Source of the DNA: a virus
Lineage: Duplodnaviria > Caudoviricetes
IMG/VR virus record: IMGVR_UViG_3300046710_000261
Location: 64,001 to 128,000 of that record
Length of the DNA stretch: 64,000 nucleotides
Direction: 5' to 3' (one strand)
This document shows, piece by piece, positions 55,462 through 64,000 of this stretch. The position numbers were made by a program, and so were the translations under genes. The notes below the pieces were generated by a model. The model was not told where the DNA came from. It ran no database searches and saw nothing but the letters and a program-made list of their open reading frames with translations. The number at the start of each line of letters is the position of its first letter. Positions within the stretch are counted from its first letter, which is position 1.

Positions 55462-55877
55462 GCAAACAAACTAAATACGTTGATATTTTGGTTGACGGCA
55501 GAGGATATGTTGGTCTTATTGAAGAACAAAAAGCAATAGGTTATATTATTGCTCCATGTATTTCAATAATAAAATATATGAGCGAAGATGCTATAATCAA
55601 ATGGATTGAACAGGCTTGTGAGATGGTGAAGGAAACAAGCGAAGGAAAAGATGCTTCTGTTAATAGAAAAATTGGTTCAATAATAACACATTTAAAAGAA
55701 AGGGAATATACATTAGAAGAACTACAGCAAATAGCTGTAAACATTCATCTGAATTGTTCTGATTTGGGGTTGCTCCCAGGATTTAAATATGGGAAGGTGG
55801 ATGCTAAAGGTAGGATTGTATCGAAGAGAGATATAAATCCTGAGTATTTGTCAACATATAAACTAGAAAACAAATAG
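55458..55877 (+). CDS. Hypothetical protein
   Basis: Coupled ORF. Confidence 0.55.
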   Translation: MSKQTKYVDILVDGRGYVGLIEEQKAIGYIIAPCISIIKYMSEDAIIKWIEQACEMVKETSEGKDASVNRKIGSIITHLKEREYTLEELQQIAVNIHLNCSDLGLLPGFKYGKVDAKGRIVSKRDINPEYLSTYKLENK

Positions 55878-55886
55878 GAGAACACA

Positions 55887-56102
55887 ATGAGACAGTACCT
55901 AAGAGTGGAAACTTATATTGGTCGTGTCGCGGGTGTGGATGTTGATGTTGTTTATGAGGACGAAAAGAAAAAGATTATAAAAGATATGTTTGGTATAAAA
56001 GTTTTGGAAAATGTGGGAAAGTATTGGATAGTGGCGAATCAGCATAAGAATATTTCTGATATGCCCCAAGAGGAATTGAAAGCAGGAAAATTTTTATTAT
56101 AG
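55887..56102 (+). CDS. Hypothetical protein
   Basis: GGAG RBS. Confidence 0.55.
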   Translation: MRQYLRVETYIGRVAGVDVDVVYEDEKKKIIKDMFGIKVLENVGKYWIVANQHKNISDMPQEELKAGKFLL

Positions 56103-56169
56103 GAGGTGAAATAGTAACTTTGGCCATTGTAGCAGATAGTAAAACTTTTATTATGGAAGGAGAATTAAA

Positions 56170-56433
56170 ATGCTAAATATGGAGAATAAAATTCAATTGG
56201 AAGAAAAGAAGAAACAACAAATCATTCCTGGTGATGTTTCAGAAAGTGTATATTTTCAGATGAAAGATGAAACAAAAAAACAGATATATGATTTACTCGA
56301 TGATTCTTTGGTCATGGTTCAAGACTTATTAGGAGATATGCAAAGAAAAAGGAAAACGAAAGGCATCGAAAATATGTGGTTGGTTTCAGAAAATTTGGCC
56401 AAAGTAAAAACACTTGTTGATGATAGATTATAA
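56170..56433 (+). CDS. Hypothetical protein
   Basis: GGAG RBS; followed by hairpin 56435-56462. Confidence 0.55.
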   Translation: MLNMENKIQLEEKKKQQIIPGDVSESVYFQMKDETKKQIYDLLDDSLVMVQDLLGDMQRKRKTKGIENMWLVSENLAKVKTLVDDRL

Positions 56434-56529
56434 GAAAAAGGGGAACTTCGTTCCCCTTTTTCTTTATTTTCTCTTACCTACCGAAAAGAGAATATATTAT
56501 TTTCCATCTTATAATGCACCAAATATAGC

Positions 56530-56829
56530 TTACGATACTTTCAAGTTGGTAGGTGGCGCAGGTGCAATGAAATCGAAAGGGGTTGTTATCGTTGCTATGT
56601 CAGATTCATTTCCTGCATTATCGACAGCAGTTAATCCCAAAGTTACATTTCCGTTTACGGATGGCATTCCTGCTACAGGAATTTGTATGGTTGTTACCTT
56701 TCCTAAATCCAAATATGTCGTGCTATAATCAATTACAGCAGGGGGTACGGCCCATCTCAACCTGTATCCCACAACATCAGTATCAACGCTTGCGCCCCAC
56801 GTCAATGTATATGTCCTTATTTTTGCCAT
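56530..56829 (-). CDS. Fibronectin type III-like single-domain protein
   Basis: LTW.AS.D.DVVGY.L.W...LTAVD.AGNES...P.PPTNL. Confidence 0.75.
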   Translation of the reverse strand: MAKIRTYTLTWGASVDTDVVGYRLRWAVPPAVIDYSTTYLDLGKVTTIQIPVAGMPSVNGNVTLGLTAVDNAGNESDIATITTPFDFIAPAPPTNLKVS

Positions 56830-56844
56830 TACTTCTTCACCTCC

Positions 56845-57342
56845 TTATTTTATTATTATAGGACCTATTGGTCCTGACGGTCTCCACCGTATTTTCCATG
56901 CTCCATTTACTCCTGTTATTAATTTCGCACAACCAGCATCTGTTGATTGGCACCAATCAGATGGGTCAACCCCTGCTTTTGCTGCCCTCACCTCTACAGT
57001 AAATACTCCACTCATCGGTTTTGCTATGGTTATGCCTGTTGTGGTTATTTGATATTTCCAGATTTGTCCCGAAATGTCTCTTATAAGCCAAACATCATAA
57101 TAATCTACTGTTGATGTTTCATCCCAATTAATTGTTACAGTATTCTTTGTTAAGGTATATGCTCCATCTTCAAATTTGGGGTCTTGACCATTTGAAGAAG
57201 ATGTAAAAAAGAGCATCATGAGAAGGAAAAAAGGGATGATGTAATTTTTAAGATTGAAAATTCTCTTTCTCATGTATCTATTTATGTTCGTTCCTTGCTT
57301 TTGTAAACTACTGATATTAAAATATTTTTTTGATTGTAGCAT
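56845..57342 (-). CDS. Membrane-anchored or secreted FN3-like protein
   Basis: Hydrophobic segment, then VTINWD...YYDV...VEVRA...SDW. Confidence 0.6.
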   Translation of the reverse strand: MLQSKKYFNISSLQKQGTNINRYMRKRIFNLKNYIIPFFLLMMLFFTSSSNGQDPKFEDGAYTLTKNTVTINWDETSTVDYYDVWLIRDISGQIWKYQITTTGITIAKPMSGVFTVEVRAAKAGVDPSDWCQSTDAGCAKLITGVNGAWKIRWRPSGPIGPIIIK

Positions 57343-57475
57343 TTTGTGTTCTCCTTTATATAGGATTTTCTGCTTATATTATAACACAAATTGAACGAAT
57401 TGTAAATATAAAATGGTGTCCTTGAAGAAAGAATTTTACCTATACAATTGCTTCCGAATATGGTATAATAATAAT

Positions 57476-60130
57476 ATGTTTCGGAATATATTTTATAATT
57501 CAAGAAATAGTCAAATACATTTATGGGAACAATTTTCTGGAAAGGATGAGTATACATGTATAGATTGGACGCCATATGTGTTTGTGCCCTCTGTCGATGG
57601 AGAAATCAGGAGCATCGAAGGCCAGTCTGTTCAGAAAAAAATTTTCAAATCTTACACAGAATATTATGAATATCTGAAAAAGAATAGTGATGATGAAAAT
57701 GTTTTTGAAAATAATGTAAAACCAGAAATTCAATTTCTTGCTGAAAGATATAGTGGAATTGCTGACGATAAGATGGAAGTTCCCAAACTTACCGTTTATT
57801 TTTTGGATATAGAAAACTATAGCGAGACGGGATTTTCTAAACCTTCAGAAGCAAATGCTCCTATAGTTTCTATTTCTGTTCATAATGCATTGAAAAACAG
57901 GACAACCGTTTTTGGTTTGAAGGAATATAATGGTAAATGGAAAGGCCAGGAATTTTTGAATTATATTCATGCTAGAGACGAAAAGACACTTTTGAGAATG
58001 TTTTTTATTTTCATGAATAGGTATCCTTGTGATGTAATTTCAGGTTGGAATGTTCTCGGTTATGATATTTTATATCTGATAAATAGGACGAAAAAATTCT
58101 TTGGGGATGACACAAATATATATAAGGCAATGTCTCCTATCAATACTGTTAGGATATGGGAAGAGGAAAAAGGTCCTGCGAAATTGGATATAGCGGGTGT
58201 TACCGTATTAGATTATATGGATTTGTATAAACGATATTCTCCGAAGAAACTGGAAAGATATTCTCTTGATTTTGTAAGTAAACATGAATTAGAAAAAGGT
58301 AAAGTTGATTATTCGGAATATAAAGATTTGAATGAATTTTACAATAAAAATCATGATTTGTTCATCGAATATAATGTAATGGATACAATCAGGCCGAAAC
58401 AACTGGAAGAAAAACTTGGCTATATAAAACTGGTTCAATCATTATCTTTGTTGTGCAAAGTACCGATGAAATTTTATGTGGCGCAGACCCAATTGATTGA
58501 AGGTCTTTTTATTGCATATTTCAGAAGAAATGGTTTGTGCGCACCGCACTTTTCTGGCGGAAAACAGGAGACATTTGAAGCGGCTTATGTCAAAGAACCG
58601 CAAAGTGGAATGTATGATTGGATTTGTGATTTTGATATTACATCATCTTATCCAACCCATATTATAGCACTCAATATGTCAAAGGAAACTTATTTTGGGC
58701 GCATTACAGGGATACCAGAAGACAAGATTATTTTTTATGTGGTGAGCAGAAATTTTCCATCATTTACCATAACCAAATTGAACGGTGAGCAGGATATATT
58801 TGAAGGACAAAAACTATCTACCTTCAATGCTCTTTTAGAAAGACGGGCATTGGCTGTTGCCCCAAATGGTTCTGTATTCAGAACCAAACCAGAGGGTGTT
58901 CTCGCAAAATTGGAAAGAAGCATTTTCGATATAAGAAAAGACACAAAGAAGAGAATGATAAAAGTAAAACAGTCTCTTCCAGAATTGCGTGATGTAAATC
59001 TCAATAACGCGAAGGAAAGAATAGAGCAATTAAACTCAATTCAAAATTCTTTGAAAATTGTAATGAATGCTCAATTTGGAATTACAGCAGTTCCATATTC
59101 GAGATACTTTAACGTCAACCTATCGGAAGCGATTGCTTCTTGTGGTAGAATTACTGTTCGATATGGAGAAAAATTTATCAATGAATTTTTCCAGCAAGGG
59201 ATATATGCAAAAAATAAGGAAATGAAAGATGTTCTTGGGCAGATGGGCATAACAGAATATCCTGAAATAAAAAATGATATGGTGGCTTATGGAGATACGG
59301 ATTCACTGTATGTCAAAATGGGTTATTTTATGGATGTTGTTGGCGGAAAAATTTGGCAAGAATTGGATGAAAAAAAGAAAATTCATTATTTGATTAGAGT
59401 ATCCCGTATTGTTTATGAATATATAAATGATAGAGAATATAAGGAAATACAGCGGGGATTTTATAATTCAGCAGTTACGGATTTCAAGATAACATTCAAA
59501 CAGGAAATGGTTGCCAAGACAGCATTATTTGTAAAGAAGAAAAAATATTCCATGTGGATTGTTGATGAAGAAGGTGCTACTGTAGATGAAATAAAAACAA
59601 AAGGATTGGAAATTATTCGTTCAGAAACACCAGAAGCCATTCGCCCTAAACTCAAAGAAATAATGGAAATGATTTTGAAAAGAAAATCAGATAATGAGAT
59701 AACAGAAAAGATAAATACATATAAAGCCGAGTTGATGAATTGTATTCCCGAAGAAATCTCAATGAATATTGGGATAAGAGGAATGAGTGATTATATCAAA
59801 GGAAATGTGGTTTTAAAAGGTGCCCCATGGCATGTAAAAGGTGTTCATGCTTATCGGTACTTATTGAAACATCTCAAGCTGACAGATAAATATGAAGAGT
59901 TAGTTGATGGTAATAAGACAAAGGTAGTTTATTTGAAACCTAATGTTTTTGGATTTGAAGAAGTTTCTTTTTTACGTTGGCCGAAAGAATTTGACAGAAT
60001 TATTCAAATAGATTATAATAAGCAAATAGAAAACAATTTTACTGAAAAGATAAAAATGCTTCTTGCTCCAATGAATAAAACAAATTTATTGAATGATTCG
60101 GGATATAGGTTAAGTCTCTTCTTTAAATAA
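57476..60130 (+). CDS. gp43: Family B DNA polymerase (gp43-like)
   Basis: DIE exo I, GWN..GYD, DITSSYP, K...NAQFG, YGDTDS, KKKY, KGLE. Confidence 0.95.
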   Translation: MFRNIFYNSRNSQIHLWEQFSGKDEYTCIDWTPYVFVPSVDGEIRSIEGQSVQKKIFKSYTEYYEYLKKNSDDENVFENNVKPEIQFLAERYSGIADDKMEVPKLTVYFLDIENYSETGFSKPSEANAPIVSISVHNALKNRTTVFGLKEYNGKWKGQEFLNYIHARDEKTLLRMFFIFMNRYPCDVISGWNVLGYDILYLINRTKKFFGDDTNIYKAMSPINTVRIWEEEKGPAKLDIAGVTVLDYMDLYKRYSPKKLERYSLDFVSKHELEKGKVDYSEYKDLNEFYNKNHDLFIEYNVMDTIRPKQLEEKLGYIKLVQSLSLLCKVPMKFYVAQTQLIEGLFIAYFRRNGLCAPHFSGGKQETFEAAYVKEPQSGMYDWICDFDITSSYPTHIIALNMSKETYFGRITGIPEDKIIFYVVSRNFPSFTITKLNGEQDIFEGQKLSTFNALLERRALAVAPNGSVFRTKPEGVLAKLERSIFDIRKDTKKRMIKVKQSLPELRDVNLNNAKERIEQLNSIQNSLKIVMNAQFGITAVPYSRYFNVNLSEAIASCGRITVRYGEKFINEFFQQGIYAKNKEMKDVLGQMGITEYPEIKNDMVAYGDTDSLYVKMGYFMDVVGGKIWQELDEKKKIHYLIRVSRIVYEYINDREYKEIQRGFYNSAVTDFKITFKQEMVAKTALFVKKKKYSMWIVDEEGATVDEIKTKGLEIIRSETPEAIRPKLKEIMEMILKRKSDNEITEKINTYKAELMNCIPEEISMNIGIRGMSDYIKGNVVLKGAPWHVKGVHAYRYLLKHLKLTDKYEELVDGNKTKVVYLKPNVFGFEEVSFLRWPKEFDRIIQIDYNKQIENNFTEKIKMLLAPMNKTNLLNDSGYRLSLFFK

Positions 60131-60147
60131 AGGAAAGGAGTTTTTAG

Positions 60148-60408
60148 ATGTTAAGCCGAAGAGAAATTACAGAAATACAAGAAGAACAACTTAAGATGTG
60201 TCATAGATGTATATTTTGGGATGCGATTAAAGGTTGTCCTGATGTATTTGTTGCGGGACAAGTCAAAATAACATCATGCCAAACATATAATCCCAAACCA
60301 GAAGGAGAGGGGAAATTGAAATGCAGGCATCATCCACGATATGGCGGAAAAATTAAACCAAAAGTCAGTTGTGATGTTTGCTGGAAAATATATCTTGATA
60401 GAAATTAG
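60148..60408 (+). CDS. Cys-rich hypothetical protein
   Basis: CHRC...C...C, CRHHPRY...P...CDVCW. Confidence 0.65.
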   Translation: MLSRREITEIQEEQLKMCHRCIFWDAIKGCPDVFVAGQVKITSCQTYNPKPEGEGKLKCRHHPRYGGKIKPKVSCDVCWKIYLDRN

Positions 60409-60417
60409 AAAAATTAC

Positions 60418-60491
60418 AGGGGGATCGTTCAACGGCAGGACGGTAGGCTCTGAACTTACAGATCAAGGTTCGATTCCTTGTCCCCCTGCCA
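60418..60491 (+). tRNA. tRNA-Gln(CTG)
   Basis: AGGGGGA/TCCCCCT acceptor, GTAGG-CTCTGAA-CTTAC anticodon arm, GGTTCGATTCC, encoded CCA. Confidence 0.9.
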
Positions 60492-60497
60492 CGATAA

Positions 60498-60572
60498 GCG
60501 GGTATAACCTAGTGGTTAGGTGTCACGTTGCCAATGTGATTTAGGTGGGTTCGATTCCCATTACCCGCTCCA
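60498..60572 (+). tRNA. tRNA-Gly(GCC)
   Basis: GCGGGTA/TACCCGC acceptor, U73, TCACG-TTGCCAA-TGTGA anticodon arm, encoded CCA. Confidence 0.92.
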
Positions 60573-60865
60573 ATCTTCATTACTTCAAATCATCAGAAGT
60601 CCTTAGTATTACAATACAATAATAAATTTTTTGAATCCTTTTGCAGATACTTTCATCTAAATAGATGTATGGAGAAGAGGTGTAAACTATAGGATGTGAA
60701 AATCCGAGAGAGGGAATGTAAATGGAGAAAAATTCATTTTTGGAAGAACGGAAAAAGAAAATGTGGAGTCGCATACCTTTTATGTTTAATTTCGGAACTA
60801 TTATTTTTAATGGAGAAGAGTTCCACAGAAGAAAATCAAAGTATACTTTAAAAGGAGGAAAATTC

Positions 60866-61246
60866 ATGTATATTGTAAAAGACACACAGCCCGATGTAGC
60901 ATTTCAACTATCTTTCCAGGTATTGGATGCTGAAGGAAGCCCTGTTATTGATCCAGCAGTTTTGAGTGCATTGAAAGTTGAGGTCGTTTCAGATAATCCA
61001 TCATCAGTAGCAGTTATTGCTGACCCTGATGGAAACCCACTGAAAGGAACAGTAACATTTGGTTCACCCAACACAGACGGAACGCCATCGAATGCCAATA
61101 TTAATATAACTGTTTCCGAAACAGATGGAACAGTCATTGGTGTATTTGGTGCACAGTTCACAGTAACCGCAGGTGATCCTGCTGCTATTGCCAGTGGAAC
61201 AATCGTATTTGCTGGTCTATCAGAAACATCTACTGCTAAAAAATAA
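60866..61246 (+). CDS. Ig-like beta-sandwich protein
   Basis: AAGGAGG RBS at ATG 60866; beta-rich composition; a longer start at 60722 is possible. Confidence 0.6.
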   Translation: MYIVKDTQPDVAFQLSFQVLDAEGSPVIDPAVLSALKVEVVSDNPSSVAVIADPDGNPLKGTVTFGSPNTDGTPSNANINITVSETDGTVIGVFGAQFTVTAGDPAAIASGTIVFAGLSETSTAKK

Positions 61247-61317
61247 ATTAGCACAGATGTAACAACCCACCAAACCCTCATATTGGAAACAGGATGGGGG
61301 TTTTTCTTTTCCATAAA

Positions 61318-61325
61318 TATAAATA
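61318..61325 (+). promoter_or_regulatory. T4-type late promoter (TATAAATA)
   Basis: Exact consensus after a terminator (61272-61306), upstream of the IPT-repeat gene. Confidence 0.65.
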
Positions 61326-61366
61326 GATATAGAAACGCATCTATTAATAATTATGGGAGAAAATAA

Positions 61367-62923
61367 ATGGCATACACAATAAGAAATTTAGCAGACGATA
61401 TTATTCATAATAATATTAGGAATATACCAGCGGAATGGAGAACAATTGCTGATGATATTATACATAACAGACTTTGGGAAGTCCCAACTTCTCGTACTTT
61501 CAACAGGGATGAGTTTTTGAATGAACTTTTACATAATTATATTTCTGAAATTTCTCCTGATCCTGTTAATCCACCAGGGCCGACAATTACAAGTTTAGAT
61601 CCCAACAACATAGAGGTTAATAGTCCTGCCTTTCCTCTTACAGTTAACGGCACAAATTTTGTCGATAATTCTGTAGTAAAATGGGGTGGTTCATCAAGGG
61701 ATACTCTATATGTTGGTTCTACACAACTTATAGCAGAAATTCTTGAAACTGATGTTGCCGATCCTGAAACGGTTGCTGTTACTGTATTTACTCCAACTCC
61801 TGGCGGCGGAACATCAAATGCGCAAACATTTACGATCAATGAACCAATACCATATATTTTAAGTTTAACACCAAATTCTGCCGAAGTAGGTGATGATGCT
61901 TTTACTTTGGAAGTAAGTGGAACATTGTTTGATCAAGATACTGTAGTGAGATGGGAAGGTTCAGATAGAGATACAACTTTTGTCAGTTATACAAGTTTAA
62001 CTGCTGAAATAAGTGCTTCTGATATTGCTGATGGTGGAGAATTTGATGTAACAGTATTCAATCCCTCTCCTAGTGGTGGATTATCAAATCCTGAAGTATT
62101 CACGGTAAATAATCCTGTTCCAACACTTATAGGTATGAGTCCATCAAGCAGGATAGCAGGAAGCGTAGCATTTACTTTGACTATTTCTGGAACAAATTTT
62201 GAAAATAATTCAACAGTACAATTGGATGGTTCTGATAGAGATACAACCTTTGTTAGCGGGGCATCACTAACTGCTGAAATAAGTGCTTCTGACATTACAG
62301 ATGAAGGAACAGTAAATGTTACTGTATTCAATCCAGCTCCAGGTGGCGGTGAATCAGATGCTTTGACATTTACAGTAAATAATCCAGCTCCTGCATTATC
62401 AAATATAAGTCCTTCAGGTGCTATAGAAGGTGGTATTTCATTTACCTTAACTGTTTGTGGATCAAACTTTGTTGATGATTCAGTAGTAAAATGGGCATCG
62501 GTTTCAAAGACTACAACATATGTTAGTCCCACAGAGTTGACAGCAGCAATTCCCGACACTAATATTGCTCTTGCCAATAATTATGCTGTAACAGTGTTTA
62601 ACTCAAGCCCAGGTGGAGGAACCTCTGGTTCTTTGATATTTGAGGTTGATCATCCGCTTCCTGAATTAGATAGTATAACACCATCTACAACGGGAGCAAG
62701 TGGATCATCATTTACATTGACAGCCAATGGAACAAATTTTGTCAACAATTCTGTTGTAAAGTGGGGTGGTTCGAACAGAACAACAACTTATGTTAGTTCT
62801 ATTAAACTTACAGCATCAATTCTTGAGGCTGATGTTGCCGATCCTGGAACTGTTGCCGTTACTGTATTTACCCCAACTCCAGGTGGTGGAACATCAAATG
62901 ATCAAACATTTACAATTACTTAA
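61367..62923 (+). CDS. Virion decoration/adhesin protein with five IPT/TIG repeats and ADDIIHN N-terminal module
   Basis: Five repeats of about 90 aa: P.....P......FTL...G.NF...SVV.W....R.T..VS...LTA.I...D......VTVF.P.PGGG.S....FT. Confidence 0.82.
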   Translation: MAYTIRNLADDIIHNNIRNIPAEWRTIADDIIHNRLWEVPTSRTFNRDEFLNELLHNYISEISPDPVNPPGPTITSLDPNNIEVNSPAFPLTVNGTNFVDNSVVKWGGSSRDTLYVGSTQLIAEILETDVADPETVAVTVFTPTPGGGTSNAQTFTINEPIPYILSLTPNSAEVGDDAFTLEVSGTLFDQDTVVRWEGSDRDTTFVSYTSLTAEISASDIADGGEFDVTVFNPSPSGGLSNPEVFTVNNPVPTLIGMSPSSRIAGSVAFTLTISGTNFENNSTVQLDGSDRDTTFVSGASLTAEISASDITDEGTVNVTVFNPAPGGGESDALTFTVNNPAPALSNISPSGAIEGGISFTLTVCGSNFVDDSVVKWASVSKTTTYVSPTELTAAIPDTNIALANNYAVTVFNSSPGGGTSGSLIFEVDHPLPELDSITPSTTGASGSSFTLTANGTNFVNNSVVKWGGSNRTTTYVSSIKLTASILEADVADPGTVAVTVFTPTPGGGTSNDQTFTIT

Positions 62924-62938
62924 TATAGGAGAAATATT

Positions 62939-63343
62939 ATGCCAGTAACGGTTAGTAATTCAGTAAAAAGTGGGGTGCTGGTTTCGTTTACCAACCCCTC
63001 TTCAGGCACATATGAAATTCAATATAATATAGTTAGATATTCTGGAATGTATCTGTATGTGAATTATACAAAAGGTAGCGAATCGAGTGTTGATTTCTTT
63101 TTCAAAGCATCTGATAGTTTATTTGCTGCTTCCGTTCCGCCTTCTGGCGCATACTATGTTATTAAAACAAATTCTTCAAGTGTAGCAAGTCAATATTTCA
63201 TTAGGTTGACTTCAACGGGCAAATATGTAATGCCTGTTCCAAGTCCCGAATCGGCAGATTTTCTTACTGCGGAAATAGTATTTAATGGGCCAGATGATGG
63301 AACTATAAATGTGTTTGGAAATTATGACGATAGTTATGCATAA
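62939..63343 (+). CDS. Beta-rich hypothetical (probably virion) protein
   Basis: GGAG RBS, late context. Confidence 0.6.
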   Translation: MPVTVSNSVKSGVLVSFTNPSSGTYEIQYNIVRYSGMYLYVNYTKGSESSVDFFFKASDSLFAASVPPSGAYYVIKTNSSSVASQYFIRLTSTGKYVMPVPSPESADFLTAEIVFNGPDDGTINVFGNYDDSYA

Positions 63344-63495
63344 TAGAGGAAGATGTGAATGTTTATATGATACCTCTCAAAAGTCTTGATGGGTCGGGAG
63401 TTAATCCAACGGAATTGGCATTAATGATCGGAATATTGATTGAAGAACCAGAAGACAAAAAAGAATGTTTACATTTATAAATAGATATGGTATAA

Positions 63496-63732
63496 TTGAA
63501 AATGGATGAAATAATCATTGACGAAAAAACAAGGAAGATTTTAGAAGAACTTACGGGAATAATTATGGAAAGTCGAGCGAGAATACATACAATTTGCACC
63601 ACCCTCTTGAATTATAATAATTTAGAGGGAGAGTTTTCTCTATCATCCAATTGTTCTGCACTGATTAGAAAACCGAAAAATACACCAGAACAAACAGCAG
63701 ATACAGGCAAACAAGAGGGGGAAAAAGGATAA
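63496..63732 (+). CDS. Hypothetical protein
   Basis: Promoter TTTACA-17-TATAAT upstream; terminator 63759-63796 downstream. Confidence 0.5.
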   Translation: MKMDEIIIDEKTRKILEELTGIIMESRARIHTICTTLLNYNNLEGEFSLSSNCSALIRKPKNTPEQTADTGKQEGEKG

Positions 63733-63861
63733 ACCAATTTCCCATATAATAGATGATGAAAAACCCCTCTTGGAGAAATCAAAGTGGGGTTTTTTGTTTC
63801 ACAAGTTTAAAATTGTCTTTATTTGAGTACCATGGGTAAGGGAAAGCAGTAATAAGAAGGT

Positions 63862-63953
63862 AAGTTATTGATTTTATTATGAAAGATTTTTCTTGACATG
63901 GCTTCAGTTTTTTGATATAATAAAGACTGAAAATGAGTAATTGATCTTTGACA
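63862..63953 (+). promoter_or_regulatory. Early promoter with conserved upstream element and downstream boxA-like sequence
   Basis: TTGACA 63893-17-TATAAT 63916; TGATCTTTGACA at 63942-63953. Confidence 0.75.
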
Positions 63954-64000
63954 ACTGAATATTAATCTTGGAATTACTGATAGAAAGCGGAAATTATAAA

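Noticed and set aside
60341-60544. 67-aa ORF in the track
   Set aside because: Overlaps tRNA-Gln and tRNA-Gly
61570-62920. Diversity-generating retroelement template and variable repeats
   Set aside because: The repeats are IPT domains within one ORF, no adenine-specific pattern was evident by eye, and there is no reverse transcriptase in the window
1-64000. Genome-wide stop-codon reassignment
   Set aside because: TGA, TAG and TAA all end well-formed genes, often in ATGA overlaps, and long genes are intact under code 11; only two isolated in-frame stops were seen

Overview
This 64-kb window is part of a large, AT-rich, T4-superfamily-like (myovirus-type) phage genome. It is transcribed leftwards over about 1-28.6 kb and mostly rightwards afterwards. 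Replication genes include gp32 SSB, gp44/gp62/gp45 clamp loader and clamp, UvsW, UvsY, gp41 helicase, family B polymerase, HU and a resolvase. There are also three tRNAs (Ser-CGA, Gln-CTG, Gly-GCC), a CCA-adding enzyme, an RNA ligase, a GH108 endolysin, HNH endonucleases, sigma70-type promoters and T4-type late TATAAATA boxes. Main unusual observations: (1) a phage-encoded ubiquitin-like conjugation operon (Ubl ending VAG-R, two paralogous putative E2-like proteins, a ThiF/E1 without the usual catalytic Cys, and a JAB protease with four Cys4 repeats) at 34.3-39.0 kb, next to the sliding clamp; (2) about 22 late genes sharing a T4 internal-protein-like N-terminal peptide (MRLxxY/F-I/L-xE), covering eight paralogues with ADP-ribosyltransferase-like R-S/T-E motifs, two C39 peptidases, the CCA enzyme and a P-loop kinase, which may form a packaged and injected cargo set; (3) an un-called 67-codon Cys-rich gene with an in-frame TGA followed by a bacterial-SECIS-like hairpin (candidate phage selenoprotein), translationally coupled to the RNA ligase; (4) a cassette of host-surface proteins (PEP-CTERM, CFI-box-CTERM, lipoproteins) that suggests a Gram-negative, possibly Desulfobacterota-like host. 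All family assignments come from motif reading by eye; no database searches were run.
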